Origin: Eubacteriales bacterium
GTDB lineage: Bacteria; Bacillota; Clostridia; Oscillospirales; CAG-272
Direction: 5' to 3'
DNA length: 64,000 nucleotides
Assembly (NCBI GenBank): GCA_045612105.1
Contig: JAZKYL010000113.1
Location: 226,099-290,098 of the forward strand
Shown: piece after piece, positions 35,942 through 45,651 of the stretch
How the letters are laid out: each line of letters opens with the position of its first letter
How positions within the stretch are numbered: the stretch's first letter is position 1
The notes under the pieces: model-generated
The model's input: only the letters and a program-made list of their open reading frames with translations
What the model was told of the DNA's origin: nothing
Databases searched by the model: none
Position numbers and translations under genes: made by a program

Positions 35942-37225
35942 ATGGAAAATACCAATGCTGTTCAAAATCCAATAGACTCCACCGTACTAACTAAAAATAT
36001 AGATAAGCCATTTACTCCCTCGATCGTCAAAGAAGAAAGGAATATGGGGGTTGAGCTTTTCCGTGTAGTCTCAATGATGATGGTTGTTTTGCTCCACGTC
36101 CTGGGACACGGTGGGGTCTACTCATATGCCGGCTCTCTTACCGATAACTATAAGGTTGCTTGGTTTTTAGAGACTCTCGCATACTGCTCCGTAAATTGCT
36201 ACGCTCTTATATCCGGTTTTGCTAACGTAAAATCAGGCTTCAAGTTCAGAAGAATAATATATCTTTGGCTTGAGGTAGTAACACTTAACGTCGGTCTTAC
36301 CGTAGTAATGCACTTTTTTGTACCAACGGCAACCGTCACTGAAGATTATTGGCTCCGCGCCTTTTTCCCACTTACAAGACGTGCCTTCTGGTACTTCTGC
36401 GCTTATTTCTTTATGTTTCCTTTGATTCCCATACTAAATAAGGGAATACTTTCCTTAAAAAAATATCAGCATATAATTATATGTTTTATGCTTATGGCAC
36501 CGGCCGTATTCCGTATCATAATGAAAAAAGATAACTACGTGCTTGGAAGCGGTTATTCCGCTCTTTGGCTCGTCTGTCTCTATATCATAGGAGCTTATTT
36601 CAGAATATACGGAGCACCAAAATGGGCAAAATGGTTCGTAACTCTCCCTGTTTTCTTCGGCACAACGTTCATAGCATGGTATTATAAAATACACATCGAA
36701 ATGATGCGAAAAGAAGGTATGGAATTCGCAGGAGAGGTCGTCACAAAAGATTCCGAGCTTTATACAAACAGAGGTATCCTTATCAGCTATATCTCACCTT
36801 GCATGGTAATTATGGCGGTTTGCTTACTGTTGTTCTTTATGCAAATAAAAATAAAGCACAAGGTTCCAAAGGTAATAATATCTAATCTTGGAAAAGCTAC
36901 CTTCGGTGTATTTATTCTTCACGTTGGCGCGGCATTCTGGTATTGGGACAGCTTTTGGAATCAGTTCCGCGCTTTCGGTAAAGCCCCCAATACCATCTGG
37001 GGAATGCTGTGGCGAGTTGCGGTCGCAATGCTGTTTATTTACCTTTCCGCATCAATAATTAGCCTTGCTCGAATATATTTATTTAAGCTTTTGAGAATTC
37101 ATAAAGGTGTCGACTTTTTAGCAGATCTCCCCACACGCATTTCAGAAAAAATAAGGATCCGAAAAGAAGCGAAAGCAGCGGAGACATTGGAAGCATCTGA
37201 AGAATCAACACAACCTACTGAATAG
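35942..37225 (+). CDS. Acyltransferase-3 family membrane O-acyltransferase
   Basis: ERNMGVELFRVVSMMMVVLLH, VNCYALISG, WYFCAY, FGVFILH; multiple TM helices. Confidence 0.85.
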   Translation: MENTNAVQNPIDSTVLTKNIDKPFTPSIVKEERNMGVELFRVVSMMMVVLLHVLGHGGVYSYAGSLTDNYKVAWFLETLAYCSVNCYALISGFANVKSGFKFRRIIYLWLEVVTLNVGLTVVMHFFVPTATVTEDYWLRAFFPLTRRAFWYFCAYFFMFPLIPILNKGILSLKKYQHIIICFMLMAPAVFRIIMKKDNYVLGSGYSALWLVCLYIIGAYFRIYGAPKWAKWFVTLPVFFGTTFIAWYYKIHIEMMRKEGMEFAGEVVTKDSELYTNRGILISYISPCMVIMAVCLLLFFMQIKIKHKVPKVIISNLGKATFGVFILHVGAAFWYWDSFWNQFRAFGKAPNTIWGMLWRVAVAMLFIYLSASIISLARIYLFKLLRIHKGVDFLADLPTRISEKIRIRKEAKAAETLEASEESTQPTE

Positions 37226-37339
37226 TCTATTGTAACCCTAATTCTCGCATTTTAGGAGTAAATCCCGCACTTTGGGGTGGAAATCTCTCTGACGGAATGG
37301 TAGAATTATTGCATAATAAACCGAAAAGGGAGGCATATT

Positions 37340-38662
37340 ATGGAAAAGAAAACGATAGGCAGATTCATATCGGTTCTCCGAAAAGCAAACGGAATGACCC
37401 AAAAGGAGCTTGGAGAAAAATTATTCGTTTCCGATAAAACCGTCAGTCGCTGGGAACGCGATGAATGTACACCCGAATTATCATTAATACCAGCTATTGC
37501 AGAAATATTTGGTATTACTACCGACGAACTTCTCAGAGGAGAGCGTAACAGTCTCGATTTTACCGATAACGTAGAGCGACAGAGGACAAAAAGTGATAAA
37601 CAGTTTAAACTGATGCTTCACGACAATCAAAGGAAGTATAAAAACCTTACCTTAATATCTATAGGTATCACGATATTTGGATTAATTTCCGCAATGATCG
37701 CAAATCTCGCGTTTTCAGAGGGATTGATAGCATTTTGTCTTGCCTGCGCCTTTTGCGTCGCAAGTGAAATATGCCAGATATGCTTTGCGATCAACACTCG
37801 AATATTGTTAGATGAAGACGACGATAGCAACAATGATAAGATAAGCGAGGTAAACACTAACACAGTAAAAACTGCAATTACGGTAACATTCATAAACATC
37901 TCACTGTTTGCCTTATGTCTGCCCCTTGTAACATTAATAGACGGAGCCAATTTTGGGTTGAACTTTGAATCGTGGATCGGATTGGGCTTATTGTTTGCTT
38001 TGATAGTCCTTGTAGCAGCATATATTATTTATGTGCTTTTCATTCGCAAGTATCTCTGCAATCGCGGATTGATCGTCATAAATGAAAATAATAAAGAAAA
38101 ATTCGCATATAATAATAAGCTTTTGAAAAAAGTTATTGTAATATCAGTCAGTATCGCCGTTTTAATTGTTATTTTGATAGTATCTTTTAACAATTTCGAT
38201 ACAGAGCTTTTCATTGAAAAATTGGAATTCGATAACTGTACAGATTTTAAGAAATTTATGGAAAGCGACTATGATCGCTGGCTTAAGGAAGGCTACAGTT
38301 ATTATTACGACGACAATGGAAATATAACTATTCAAATTCCCATATATCCCGAATTTGACGATTCCGATGGTAAAACCGAAACGGAAGATGCATACTATCC
38401 GGAAAGGGAATTGGGCATTATAAAAAATGCAAATGAAGAAGTGATATGCGAGTATTATTACAATCCCAGTCTGTATAGTGAGATAGTTTTTTCATCAACG
38501 TCTGAAGACAAGATGCCTGTTACCGTAATAACAATGCAAGCGTATTACAATGCAAGAAGTTGGGTTTATGATATAGAATTTATACTGCATTTCTTGTTAG
38601 TTGCCGATTTTGTCGTTGCAGCGTGCATATATTTTCTAAAAACAAGGAAAAAGAAATCTTAA
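37340..38662 (+). CDS. XRE-family HTH protein with membrane-spanning C-terminus
   Basis: IGRFISVLRKANGMTQKELGEKLFVSDKTVSRWE; several TM segments. Confidence 0.85.
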   Translation: MEKKTIGRFISVLRKANGMTQKELGEKLFVSDKTVSRWERDECTPELSLIPAIAEIFGITTDELLRGERNSLDFTDNVERQRTKSDKQFKLMLHDNQRKYKNLTLISIGITIFGLISAMIANLAFSEGLIAFCLACAFCVASEICQICFAINTRILLDEDDDSNNDKISEVNTNTVKTAITVTFINISLFALCLPLVTLIDGANFGLNFESWIGLGLLFALIVLVAAYIIYVLFIRKYLCNRGLIVINENNKEKFAYNNKLLKKVIVISVSIAVLIVILIVSFNNFDTELFIEKLEFDNCTDFKKFMESDYDRWLKEGYSYYYDDNGNITIQIPIYPEFDDSDGKTETEDAYYPERELGIIKNANEEVICEYYYNPSLYSEIVFSSTSEDKMPVTVITMQAYYNARSWVYDIEFILHFLLVADFVVAACIYFLKTRKKKS

Positions 38663-38666
38663 ACAG

Positions 38667-38704
38667 AAACAAGACCGTAGCTAACAAGCACGGTCTTGTT
38701 TTTT
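38667..38704 (+). terminator. Intrinsic terminator
   Basis: aacaagaccgt...acggtcttgtttttt. Confidence 0.8.
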
Positions 38705-38802
38705 CAATATATCAAAATACTGTAACAATCGCCCCAATTCGACATAAAATGGTATTGAGGAAAGCAGTTACTCTTTCCAAAAAACATATAGGGGGAAATT
38801 AT

Positions 38803-39645
38803 ATGCAAGATAACAGATTTTCGTGCGGCCCCGGCAAAGGCTTGGAAACTGTTTGTATAGAGACTAACAGAATACTTGACTCCTGCAGAGACCGCGACTG
38901 CTTTGAAAACGCAAAGGTTTTTTTAACCGATTTCGGCAGAGAAATAATTGACCACACAAGCGCGGTCAGAGTAAAGAGCGCTTGTATCGCGCAGACTCAG
39001 ATAAGTCTTGATCCCGTGCAGTTCAACAGAGGATTTTACACTGTAAATATCCGTTATTACGTAAAGCTTGTATTCGAAGCATGTATCGGTAACGGTCGTT
39101 CTCAGGAATTTGAGGGCGTAGCTGTACTCGACAAAAAGGTAATCCTTTATGGTGGTGATTGCAATGTTAGCACGTTCCGTACAGGCGGAGACGCAACAGA
39201 TTTCTGCTCACACATAGTGCCTTGTTGTAAAGAAAACAACCTGCCCACCGCAGTTGTAGAGGTAGCAGAACCTATCGTTCTTGGCGTAAACGTACTTGAA
39301 AACGTCAATGATTGTTGCTGCTGTTGCTGTTGCGCTCACGATATTCCCGAAACTATCGCAAGCTCAATGAACGGAAATCTTTACTACGACGACGATGACG
39401 ACAGAAGGTATTTAGCGGTATCCGTTGGTATATTTTCAATAGTCAGAATAGTTCGTTCAGCACAGCTTCTCGTCTCTGCAAGCGAATATGTCATTCCCGA
39501 TAAAGAATGCATCTCTCCTTCTAATGACGATCCCTGCAGTGTTTTCCGCTCAATGGCATTCCCAATTTCCGAATTTACCTGTGGCACTGTAACGTCACCT
39601 CAAAGTAATCACGATAAAGGAACCGGCGGCAAATGCGGCTGTTGA
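38803..39645 (+). CDS. Cys-rich hypothetical protein, possibly spore coat-associated
   Basis: VCIETNRILDSCRDRDCFE, CCCCCC run, PDKEC...DPC; CATAAAAT sporulation-sigma-like -10 upstream. Confidence 0.55.
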   Translation: MQDNRFSCGPGKGLETVCIETNRILDSCRDRDCFENAKVFLTDFGREIIDHTSAVRVKSACIAQTQISLDPVQFNRGFYTVNIRYYVKLVFEACIGNGRSQEFEGVAVLDKKVILYGGDCNVSTFRTGGDATDFCSHIVPCCKENNLPTAVVEVAEPIVLGVNVLENVNDCCCCCCCAHDIPETIASSMNGNLYYDDDDDRRYLAVSVGIFSIVRIVRSAQLLVSASEYVIPDKECISPSNDDPCSVFRSMAFPISEFTCGTVTSPQSNHDKGTGGKCGC

Positions 39646-39672
39646 TAAAATCTTAAAAACGTTGGAATTAAG

Positions 39673-39715
39673 AAACGGTTGCGCGCCCAAAAGAGGGAGT
39701 CGCGCAACCGTTTTT
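39673..39715. terminator. Bidirectional terminator
   Basis: aaacggttgcgcg...cgcgcaaccgttttt. Confidence 0.8.
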
Positions 39716-39719
39716 AGTT

Positions 39720-40466
39720 TTATTTATTGAATTCGTCGGTAACTTTCGTAAGAAGATGAGGACAAGCCTTAGGTATCTCATATCCAATATCAGCGGGCTT
39801 TACCCACTCAACCGCATTCTTGATAATACGCTGAACGTAGGGGTTATAGAAGGAACGGCAATACTCGTGGCCTGGCTGGAAGTAGAATATCTTACCCATT
39901 CCGCGAAGGAAACAGCAACCGCTTCTGAAAATATAGCCGTCCTCATACCAGCCTCCGAAAACAAGCGCATCAGGCTGAGGAATATAGAAGGGCTCACAGT
40001 AAAGCTCTTCCTCTTCAATCAAAAAGTGATCGGGAATACCTGCAGCAATAGGATGAGCAGGCATAAGATTCCACATGATCTCCTTCTGATCACGTCCCCA
40101 AGAAAGGTTGCCGGTAGTTCCAACAACAGCCTTGAACACCTTGGAGTGATGTCCGGAGTGCAGAACAATAAGTCCCATTTTTCCGGCATATACTCTCTGA
40201 CGGATCTTTTCAACGAGCGCGTCGTTTACCTCACCGTGAGCCATGTGCCCCCACCAAAAAAGCACGTCGGTTTTCTCAAGCAACTCGTCAGATATACCCT
40301 GATCGGGATCGTCAAGAGCAGCAAGCGTTATGTCAAGGTTTTCATCATCTTTAAGAAAATTCTTTATGCAACCGTGAATACCCTCGGGATAAATTGCGGC
40401 GCAGTTCTTATCAAGCTTTTCGTGTCTGTATTCGTTCCAAATAACAACGTTGAGTTTCTTGGACAT
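39720..40466 (-). CDS. ThuA-domain (trehalose utilisation) protein
   Basis: VIWNEYRHE, IYPEGIH, DVLFWWGHMAH, LHSGHHSK, FYFQPGHE. Confidence 0.9.
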   Translation of the reverse strand: MSKKLNVVIWNEYRHEKLDKNCAAIYPEGIHGCIKNFLKDDENLDITLAALDDPDQGISDELLEKTDVLFWWGHMAHGEVNDALVEKIRQRVYAGKMGLIVLHSGHHSKVFKAVVGTTGNLSWGRDQKEIMWNLMPAHPIAAGIPDHFLIEEEELYCEPFYIPQPDALVFGGWYEDGYIFRSGCCFLRGMGKIFYFQPGHEYCRSFYNPYVQRIIKNAVEWVKPADIGYEIPKACPHLLTKVTDEFNK

Positions 40467-40618
40467 ATTGTTAGTACCTCCTCAAATTTTGTGAATCTAC
40501 ATCACTTTATTTCATTATAAGACATTCTTAATTTTAATTCAAGACATTTTTTTGCAATTGAAAGACAAATATTGCTAAAATTAAAGTGGGGATTTATCCA
40601 ATTCCATAATTGCTTACC

Positions 40619-40840
40619 GATATATTCGTTGTGTCCATCTCTTATGTCTCTTTGGCGCATACTTCCCGCCGGAAGATAAATGATATCCCCGCTTACCATA
40701 TCGTATTTTTAATCGTCAATATAATAAGTCATTTTACCATTGATCAGAAAGGTCAGTTCGTGAAATTTTATTCGATGACGATCTATATTTCTTTGAATTC
40801 CATACTTATTATGCGTATAATAAAAAATATTTTCTATCAT
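40619..40840 (-). pseudogene. Decayed partial duplicate of the adjacent AraC regulator 5' end
   Basis: MIENIFYYTHNKYGIQRNIDRHRIKFHELTFLINGKMTYYIDD*KYDMVSGDIIYLPAGSMRQRDIRDGHNEY aligns to the intact gene; TAA at 40709-40711. Confidence 0.9.
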
Positions 40841-40973
40841 TGATTTGTTAACAAAAAGCTCTTACTTATTTAAACTATTTTTACCTGTCTTTGTATAAAT
40901 AACCATAAAAAACTTATATTTTATAGTAAATAAATTGTATCCAACAAAAACTATGCGTGATATAATTATTACG

Positions 40974-41732
40974 TTAGAGAAGTGACTTATTAACATCTAC
41001 CACTGATGACCTGTACTGCAAGGGCGAAAAGCCTATGCGTTTTTTAAAAACTCTTGAGAAATAGTTTGCATCGTCAAATCCAACCATTGAAGCAATATCC
41101 GAACAGGGAAGTGAGGTTTCGATCAGCAATTTTTTTGCTTCCGAAATTCGGATATCAATAAGATAATTAATGATCGACTTTCCAAATGCTTTTCTAAATT
41201 CGCTTTCGCAATATGCAATCGAAAAAAAGGTTTCTTTACTTATATCCTCAAGCGAAATATGCTTACTGTAATTACAGATAAGGTAATTTGCTATTTGAAT
41301 AGATAAAGGTGTGTTACTGCTTGCCATTATATTATCTATGATCTGCATTATCATAGCCTCGAAAAGAACGTTCAGCTTTTTGTTATTAATATTCGTTGGG
41401 TTCTTATGCTCGGCATCAAAATATGCAAGAAGTAATCTGATTTCCTCTGTGATTCCGTTTGGAATATACGGTTTGAGTGCCAATCTTTTATCAGCATGAA
41501 AATTCATGCTGACATAATCGTTATGCCCATCACCAATGTCTCGTCTTCGCATACTTCCGGGAGGAAGATAGATAATATCTCCACTTACCATATCGTATTT
41601 TTCATCGTCGATATAATAAGACATTTTCCCATCAATAAGAAAGGTTAGTTCGTGAAACTTGATTTGGTGACTGTCAATATTTTTTTGTGGGCCATATTCG
41701 TTGTGTCTATAGTAGAAAATATCCTCTATCAT
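40974..41732 (-). CDS. AraC family transcriptional regulator
   Basis: Cupin-like N-terminus, IRISEAKKLL, IASMVGFDDANYFSRVFKKRIGFSPLQYR; GGAGG RBS. Confidence 0.93.
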   Translation of the reverse strand: MIEDIFYYRHNEYGPQKNIDSHQIKFHELTFLIDGKMSYYIDDEKYDMVSGDIIYLPPGSMRRRDIGDGHNDYVSMNFHADKRLALKPYIPNGITEEIRLLLAYFDAEHKNPTNINNKKLNVLFEAMIMQIIDNIMASSNTPLSIQIANYLICNYSKHISLEDISKETFFSIAYCESEFRKAFGKSIINYLIDIRISEAKKLLIETSLPCSDIASMVGFDDANYFSRVFKKRIGFSPLQYRSSVVDVNKSLL

Positions 41733-41798
41733 AGTCTTACCCTCCATCAAAAACATAAGAAAATGCTAAAAAAAGCACCATTTTTTTTAAAAAAACTA

Positions 41799-41856
41799 TT
41801 GAAAATACTTTTAAAAGTGCTATAATAATTATAGCACGACAATGCAAGATTGTCAA
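41799..41856. promoter_or_regulatory. Overlapping opposed promoters for SDR operon (+) and araC (-)
   Basis: + TTGAAA-16-TATAAT (41799-41826); - TTGACA-17-TATAAT (41856-41828); the -10 boxes form palindrome gtgctataat-a-attatagcac. Confidence 0.7.
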
Positions 41857-41891
41857 TAGCTAAAAAACACTGAACAATAAGGAGTATTTTT

Positions 41892-42716
41892 ATGAAAAAG
41901 GTTTGCGTAGTTACGGGCGCAGGCGGTGTGCTCTGCGCTGAATTTGCAAAAGAAATGTCCAAGAATGGCTATGCAGTAGCTCTTCTTGATATAAATGAAT
42001 CAGCTGCTCAGGCAGTAGCTGATGAGATCTGCGCCGATGGCGGCGTGGCAAAGGCATATAAGACTAACGTACTCGACAAAGAGTGCATTGTTGATGTTCA
42101 TCAAAAGATTCTTGCTGAGCTCGGCAAGTGTACAGTTCTTATCAACGGTGCAGGTGGAAATAGCCCCAAAGCTACGACTGCCCACGAATATTTTGAGGCA
42201 GGCGACGAAAACCGCGACGATATCCTGACCTTCTTCAATCTTAACGAGGCAGGGTTTGATTTTGTATTCGATCTCAATATGAAGGGTGTTCTTCTTCCCA
42301 CACAGGTATTTGCTGCCGATATGATCGGTGAAGAAGGTTGCTCTATAATTAACATCTCCTCTATGAACGCATATACACCTTTGACTAAGATCCCCGCATA
42401 TAGTTCCGCAAAAGCGGCTGTCTCAAACTTTACTCAGTGGTTGGCAGTTCACTTTGCAAAAGAGGGAATCAGAGTCAACGGAATCGCTCCCGGATTCTTC
42501 TCCACCAATCAGAACAAGGCACTTCTCTGGAACCCCGATGGTACTCCTACCGCAAGGACAGGCAAGATCCTGGCGGCTACTCCTATGGGACGTTTCGGTG
42601 AGGCTCACGAGCTTCTCGGAGTGCTCAAGTTCCTCGTTGACCCCGTTGCAGCTTCCTTTGTAACCGGAACCGTTATCCCAGTAGACGGAGGCTTCTCCGC
42701 ATACTCGGGAGTATAA
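41892..42716 (+). CDS. SDR oxidoreductase, D-mannonate oxidoreductase (UxuB-like)
   Basis: TGAGGVLC, INGAGGN, NISSMNAYTPLTKIPAYSSAK, PVDGGFSAYSGV. Confidence 0.85.
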   Translation: MKKVCVVTGAGGVLCAEFAKEMSKNGYAVALLDINESAAQAVADEICADGGVAKAYKTNVLDKECIVDVHQKILAELGKCTVLINGAGGNSPKATTAHEYFEAGDENRDDILTFFNLNEAGFDFVFDLNMKGVLLPTQVFAADMIGEEGCSIINISSMNAYTPLTKIPAYSSAKAAVSNFTQWLAVHFAKEGIRVNGIAPGFFSTNQNKALLWNPDGTPTARTGKILAATPMGRFGEAHELLGVLKFLVDPVAASFVTGTVIPVDGGFSAYSGV

Positions 42717-42742
42717 TTAAAATTTTTTGAAAGGTTACAGTT

Positions 42743-43597
42743 ATGAATACCGATAAAATAAAGCTTTGCGCCTTCGCCGATGAAGCCGATCCCATGCTGG
42801 ACGGTCAGATCGAGGCAATGGTTGCAAATAATATCTCTCTGCTTGAAATACGCGGAGTTGATAAAAAAAATATCAGTGCTATCACCACTGCAGAAGCACT
42901 TGAAATAAGAAAAAAGCTTGATGCAAATGAAATATCAACTTGGGCGATCGGCTCACCTGCAGGAAAGATCAAGATAGGCGACGATTTCAATAAGGAGATC
43001 GAAACCTTCAAGCGTATGCTTGAGGTAGGAGCTATACTTGACGCTAAATGTATTCGTCTTTTCAGTTTCTTCGGAACCAATGCCGAAAAACAGTATTTTG
43101 ACGATGTTTGTGAACGTCTCAACAAATACGTTGAGCTTTGCAAGCCCTACGGCATTATTCCTTGCCACGAAAACGAAAAAAGCATTTACGGTGAAGACGC
43201 TCCACATTGTCTTGAAATATTGAAGGCTGTTCCCGGACTCAAGGCTGTATTCGATCCTGCAAACTTCGTTCAGTGCGGTCAGGATACTCTTGAGGCTTGG
43301 GATATGTTGAAGGAATATGTATATTACGGTCATATCAAAGATGCCGATAAGGACGGCAATATTGTCCCTCCCGGATGCGGTATCGGTCATATTGCAGAAT
43401 ACCTGCCCGATTTTGTTTCTCGTGGATGCAGCGTGCTGACCCTTGAACCTCATCTTTCCGAGTTTGTCGGTCTTGCCGACCTTGAGGAAGAGGGCGCGAG
43501 AAGCAACGTAAGCAATCTTACCTTTGCAAATAACCGTGAAAGCTTCGACTATGCGGTAAATTCTTTGAAATCAATTATCAACGGACTTAATATTTAA
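42743..43597 (+). CDS. Sugar phosphate isomerase/epimerase (xylose-isomerase-like TIM barrel)
   Basis: AFADEA, IGSPAGK, HENEKSIYG, FDPANF, HIKD, TLEPHL. Confidence 0.85.
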   Translation: MNTDKIKLCAFADEADPMLDGQIEAMVANNISLLEIRGVDKKNISAITTAEALEIRKKLDANEISTWAIGSPAGKIKIGDDFNKEIETFKRMLEVGAILDAKCIRLFSFFGTNAEKQYFDDVCERLNKYVELCKPYGIIPCHENEKSIYGEDAPHCLEILKAVPGLKAVFDPANFVQCGQDTLEAWDMLKEYVYYGHIKDADKDGNIVPPGCGIGHIAEYLPDFVSRGCSVLTLEPHLSEFVGLADLEEEGARSNVSNLTFANNRESFDYAVNSLKSIINGLNI

Positions 43598-43614
43598 TCT
43601 GGAGGACAAAAAAG

Positions 43615-44379
43615 ATGAAATTAGGTGCTCAGTTTTATACCTTGAGAGACTATTGTAAGGATCTTGCAGGTCTTGAAGAAACTATGAAAAAGGTTGCCGA
43701 TATTGGATACTCCTCAATTCAGCTTTCCGGTGTTTGCGCTTACGAGGGTGAATGGGCTGCTGAAAAGGCAAAAGAGATCGGTATTACTATCGACATTACT
43801 CATTTTGCTTACAGCAAGATCATCAACGATATCGAAAACACAATAAAGCATCACGATGCTATGAATTGCAAGTGCATAGGAATCGGTGCCAGCCCTTACG
43901 ATAAGGATCAGGCAGGTCTTGATAAGTTTGCAAGCGAGGTAGCTTCCGTTATCCCTGCAATCGTGGCTTCGGGACACAAGCTGATGTATCACAACCACCA
44001 CTGGGAATTTGTCAAAATCGGAGATAAGACCTTCCTTGACCTCCTCTGCGAGAGATTTACTCCTGAAGAGCTTGGAATCACCCTTGACACCTACTGGGTA
44101 CAGGCAGGCGGCGCTGATCCCGCGGCTTGGATCAGAAAGCTTCAGGGACGTATTGACCGCATCCATTTCAAGGATATGGTTATGAACAACACCGACAAGA
44201 GAGTAAGAATCGCTCCTATCGGCGAAGGAAATATGAACTACGATTCGATTATTCAGGCTTGTCTCGATACTGATATTGAGTACGCTTACGTAGAGCTTGA
44301 CGAGTGCTACGGCGAGGATCCCTTCGATTGTATGAAGAGAAGCTACGACTTCCTGAATAAGAGATACGGACTCAATTAA
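43615..44379 (+). CDS. Sugar phosphate isomerase/epimerase (xylose-isomerase-like TIM barrel)
   Basis: GAQFYTLRD, YHNHHWEF, LDTYWVQAGG, IHFKD, VELD. Confidence 0.87.
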   Translation: MKLGAQFYTLRDYCKDLAGLEETMKKVADIGYSSIQLSGVCAYEGEWAAEKAKEIGITIDITHFAYSKIINDIENTIKHHDAMNCKCIGIGASPYDKDQAGLDKFASEVASVIPAIVASGHKLMYHNHHWEFVKIGDKTFLDLLCERFTPEELGITLDTYWVQAGGADPAAWIRKLQGRIDRIHFKDMVMNNTDKRVRIAPIGEGNMNYDSIIQACLDTDIEYAYVELDECYGEDPFDCMKRSYDFLNKRYGLN

Positions 44380-44411
44380 ACAAAAAGATCAGTCTTTTGG
44401 AGAAAAGATCA

Positions 44412-45617
44412 ATGAAAAAAGTAAGACTTGGAATAATCGGATGCGGAAATATCGGCTCCCAACACTATTCCAACGTTTTGAACGGAAAATGCCCTGAGAT
44501 CGAGGTCACCGCTATTGCCGACGTTAATCCCGACAGACTTGAATGGGCAAAAAACGTTTGTAAAAAATACCGTGATGAAAAAAAGGACGTTCCCGAGGTC
44601 GCTTTGTTTTCTGATGCATCGGAAATGCTCTCAAGCGGACTTATCGATGCTGTAATCATCTCGGTGCCGCACTACGATCATCCCAGATATGCTATTGAAG
44701 CTTTCCAAAAGGATATTCATGTTATGTGCGAAAAGCCTGCTGGAGTTTATACACTTCAGGTCAAGGAAATGATTGCCGAAGCGGATAAACATCCCGAATT
44801 GAAGTTTGGAATGATGTTCAACCAGAGAACCAACTGTCTTTATCGCAAAATGAAGGAGATAATTGACAGCGGTGAGCTTGGTCAGCTTAAAAGATCCACT
44901 TGGATTATTACCAACTGGTACCGTCCTCAGGCTTATTACGATTCCGGTGAATGGAGAGCCACCTGGGCGGGTGAAGGCGGTGGGGTTCTGCTTAATCAAT
45001 GCCCCCATAACCTTGACCTTTGGCAATGGCTTTGCGGTATGCCCGTGAAGGTGTATGCCAAGATGAAGTTCGGTAAATATCATGATATCGAGGTCGAGGA
45101 TGACGTTGTGGCTACGGTTGAATATGAAAACGGTTCTATGGGCTCGTTTATTACCACCACAGCTGATACTCCCGGAACCAACCGACTTGAAATAGTATTT
45201 GACGGTGGTTCACTCATTTGTGAGAATAATCAGCTGATTTACAAAAAGCTCGGTTCTCCAGAGTCTGTATTTACAAAGGAGAACAAGTCGCCTTACGCGT
45301 CTCCTGTTTACAAGAGCGAGATAGTTGAGACCGACGGAGCTAATCCTCAACACGCAGGTGTTCTGAACGCTTTTGCTGCGGCTATTCTGCGAGGCGAGCC
45401 TATGGTCGCTGACGGCCGCGAGGGACTCAAGGGTCTTATGCTTTCAAACGCTATGCATCTTTCCGCATGGCTTGGTAGGGAAGTCGATATTCCCTTTGAC
45501 GAGGAGTTATTTAAGACCCAACTTGAGGAACGTGTCAAGACCTCAAAACGAAAGGAAAACGTATCATACGTTTTCTCAGAATTTGACCAAAATCACGGTA
45601 ACTTGTGCTTCACGTAA
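44412..45617 (+). CDS. Gfo/Idh/MocA NAD-dependent oxidoreductase (copy 1)
   Basis: GIIGCGNIG, VMCEKPAG, MFNQR, GGGVLLNQCPHNLD. Confidence 0.92.
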   Translation: MKKVRLGIIGCGNIGSQHYSNVLNGKCPEIEVTAIADVNPDRLEWAKNVCKKYRDEKKDVPEVALFSDASEMLSSGLIDAVIISVPHYDHPRYAIEAFQKDIHVMCEKPAGVYTLQVKEMIAEADKHPELKFGMMFNQRTNCLYRKMKEIIDSGELGQLKRSTWIITNWYRPQAYYDSGEWRATWAGEGGGVLLNQCPHNLDLWQWLCGMPVKVYAKMKFGKYHDIEVEDDVVATVEYENGSMGSFITTTADTPGTNRLEIVFDGGSLICENNQLIYKKLGSPESVFTKENKSPYASPVYKSEIVETDGANPQHAGVLNAFAAAILRGEPMVADGREGLKGLMLSNAMHLSAWLGREVDIPFDEELFKTQLEERVKTSKRKENVSYVFSEFDQNHGNLCFT

Positions 45618-45651
45618 TATAACAACAAAATAAATAAGGAGATTTTGCACT

